DNA of 23,569 nt, taken from positions 79,518,866 to 79,542,434 of the forward strand of contig NC_057711.1 of assembly GCF_004010195.1 (NCBI RefSeq). Direction: 5' to 3'. This document shows positions 22,493 through 23,569 of the stretch, one piece after another. The stretch is from Chiloscyllium plagiosum (lineage: Eukaryota). Under the pieces are notes generated by a model that was not told the DNA's origin, did no database searches, and worked only from the letters and a program-made list of their open reading frames with translations. The position numbers and the translations under genes are program-made. Position 1 is the first letter of the stretch, and the number at the start of each line of letters is the position of its first letter.

Positions 22493-22618
22493 AGGAGAAA
22501 GTGAGGACTGCAGATGCTGGAGATCAGAGTCAAAAAGTGTGGCGCTGGAAAAGCACGGCAGGTCAGACAGCATCCGAGTAGCAGGGGCATAAGCCATTCC
22601 TGCTGTGCTTTTTGACTC
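22493..22618 (-). mobile_element. Internally deleted PLE-like element
   Basis: ggagaaagtgaggactgcagatgctggagatcagag terminus; core largely deleted; short inverted remnant (ctttttgactc). TSD tgttaatt(a/g)tact (22480-22492 / 22619-22631). Confidence 0.85.
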
Positions 22619-23319
22619 TGTTAATTGTACTGATCAGGGAAGAACATGTTGTAATAGTAACAATGGAGGACGCATGAAAATATGACAAATTTGCAGAGTT
22701 TGCAAGCAGGACATGATTGGACCTGCTGAAAGAATTGAATGGCTACAGCATTTAAGAAGGATTGGATCTGGGAGATTTTCAATTCAGGGACACCAGTAAG
22801 AATTAGAATTTGAGTTTTGCAGGGTAAAGAGACTTAGTCTGTGACTATTGTGAAAGAAGTAGAAATATGCTTTGTCAATGAGACTGGGAAGACCGAAGTT
22901 TTTGAACTCTTGACAAGTTAGGAAACCCAGAAAATGTGGGATCATTGGGTTTCTTGGGACAGCTAGCATGAAGGTGAGTTGGGGGTGATGCCAGGAAAGT
23001 CTGGATTTGGTATCTCAATTCTCTATTTCAGCAGAGGGACATTTGGGGTTTGTATTTTTAGGAACCAGGCAGAATTTTGTCATTGAATTGATTCAGGCAT
23101 CAGTCAGAAATGCCTGTAAACAATGTGATTGATCAGTTGGCAGGATTCCCCTGTGATTTTTGCCCCTCATAAATAAGCTGCCACTGGGTCAGCCTTCCAG
23201 AACAGGAGACCGTAGTGCCTACCCACTGAAGCTGTCAGCCCAATCAGATGACCAGTAGCTGCAGAGGTAGCTGAGGAGTAATGGCCACTGTTGAGGTGTA
23301 CAGGGGCCCTTGACTTTGC

Positions 23320-23433
23320 ACAGAGTCACAGAGTTGTACAGCACGAACAAACCCTTCAGTCCAACGAGTCCATGCCGAACATAATCCTAAACTAAACTAA
23401 TCCCACCTTCCTGCTCGTGACCCATATCACTCC
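23320..23433 (-). mobile_element. Older CR1 3' end
   Basis: agagtcacagagttgtacagcac...cccttcagtccaac...aaactaaactaatcccacct...cccatatc, similar to 3736-3840. Confidence 0.8.
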
Positions 23434-23569
23434 ATAGAGTCATAGAGATGTACAGCATGGAAACAGACCCTTCGGTCCAACCTGTCCATGCCGACCAGAT
23501 ATCCCAACCCAATCTAGTCCCACCTGCCAGCACCCGGCCCATATCCCTTCAAACCCTTCCTATTCATAT
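23434..23569 (-). mobile_element. Young CR1 3' end nested in the previous fragment, runs off the window
   Basis: Near-identical to the reverse complement of about 5163-5298 and to 17923-18050. Confidence 0.9.

Noticed and set aside
4246..22618. Recurring palindromic repeats as CRISPR, REP or MITE elements
   Set aside because: The context is vertebrate, the copies are dispersed rather than regularly spaced, and asymmetric arms with 13-15 bp TSDs and variable centres do not fit TIR transposons.
22823..22979. Possible exon between ttttgcag and AAG|GTGAGT
   Set aside because: Stops occur in all three frames.

Overview
This window is eukaryotic, repeat-dominated DNA that is probably intronic or intergenic. 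The repeat families (HE1-like V-SINE, HER1-like CR1 LINEs with TTCTATG/CTCTATGA tails, a Deu-domain SINE) point to a cartilaginous fish, probably a shark. That is an inference from recall, not a database search. No intact protein-coding gene is supported, and nearly all listed ORFs are transposon fragments or their antisense frames. The centre is a decayed but full-length L1-clade LINE (8927-16033, minus strand, 13-bp TSD, ORF1 + ORF2). It sits in the intron of a decayed Harbinger-type Myb/SANT gene and itself carries a CR1 and two short Penelope-like inserts. The most interesting signal is a set of nine short (about 100-310 bp) elements, often palindromic. They carry a minimal hammerhead-ribozyme-like core (CUGANGA-A-stem II-GAAA-C-GUH), intact in two copies and decayed or deleted in the rest, with covarying stem II across three subfamilies. 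Six have 13-15 bp TSDs, four show a 35-nt terminal tail, and their inversion or truncation breakpoints cluster at the ribozyme core. A candidate host exon (388-462) is the only hint of a cellular gene.
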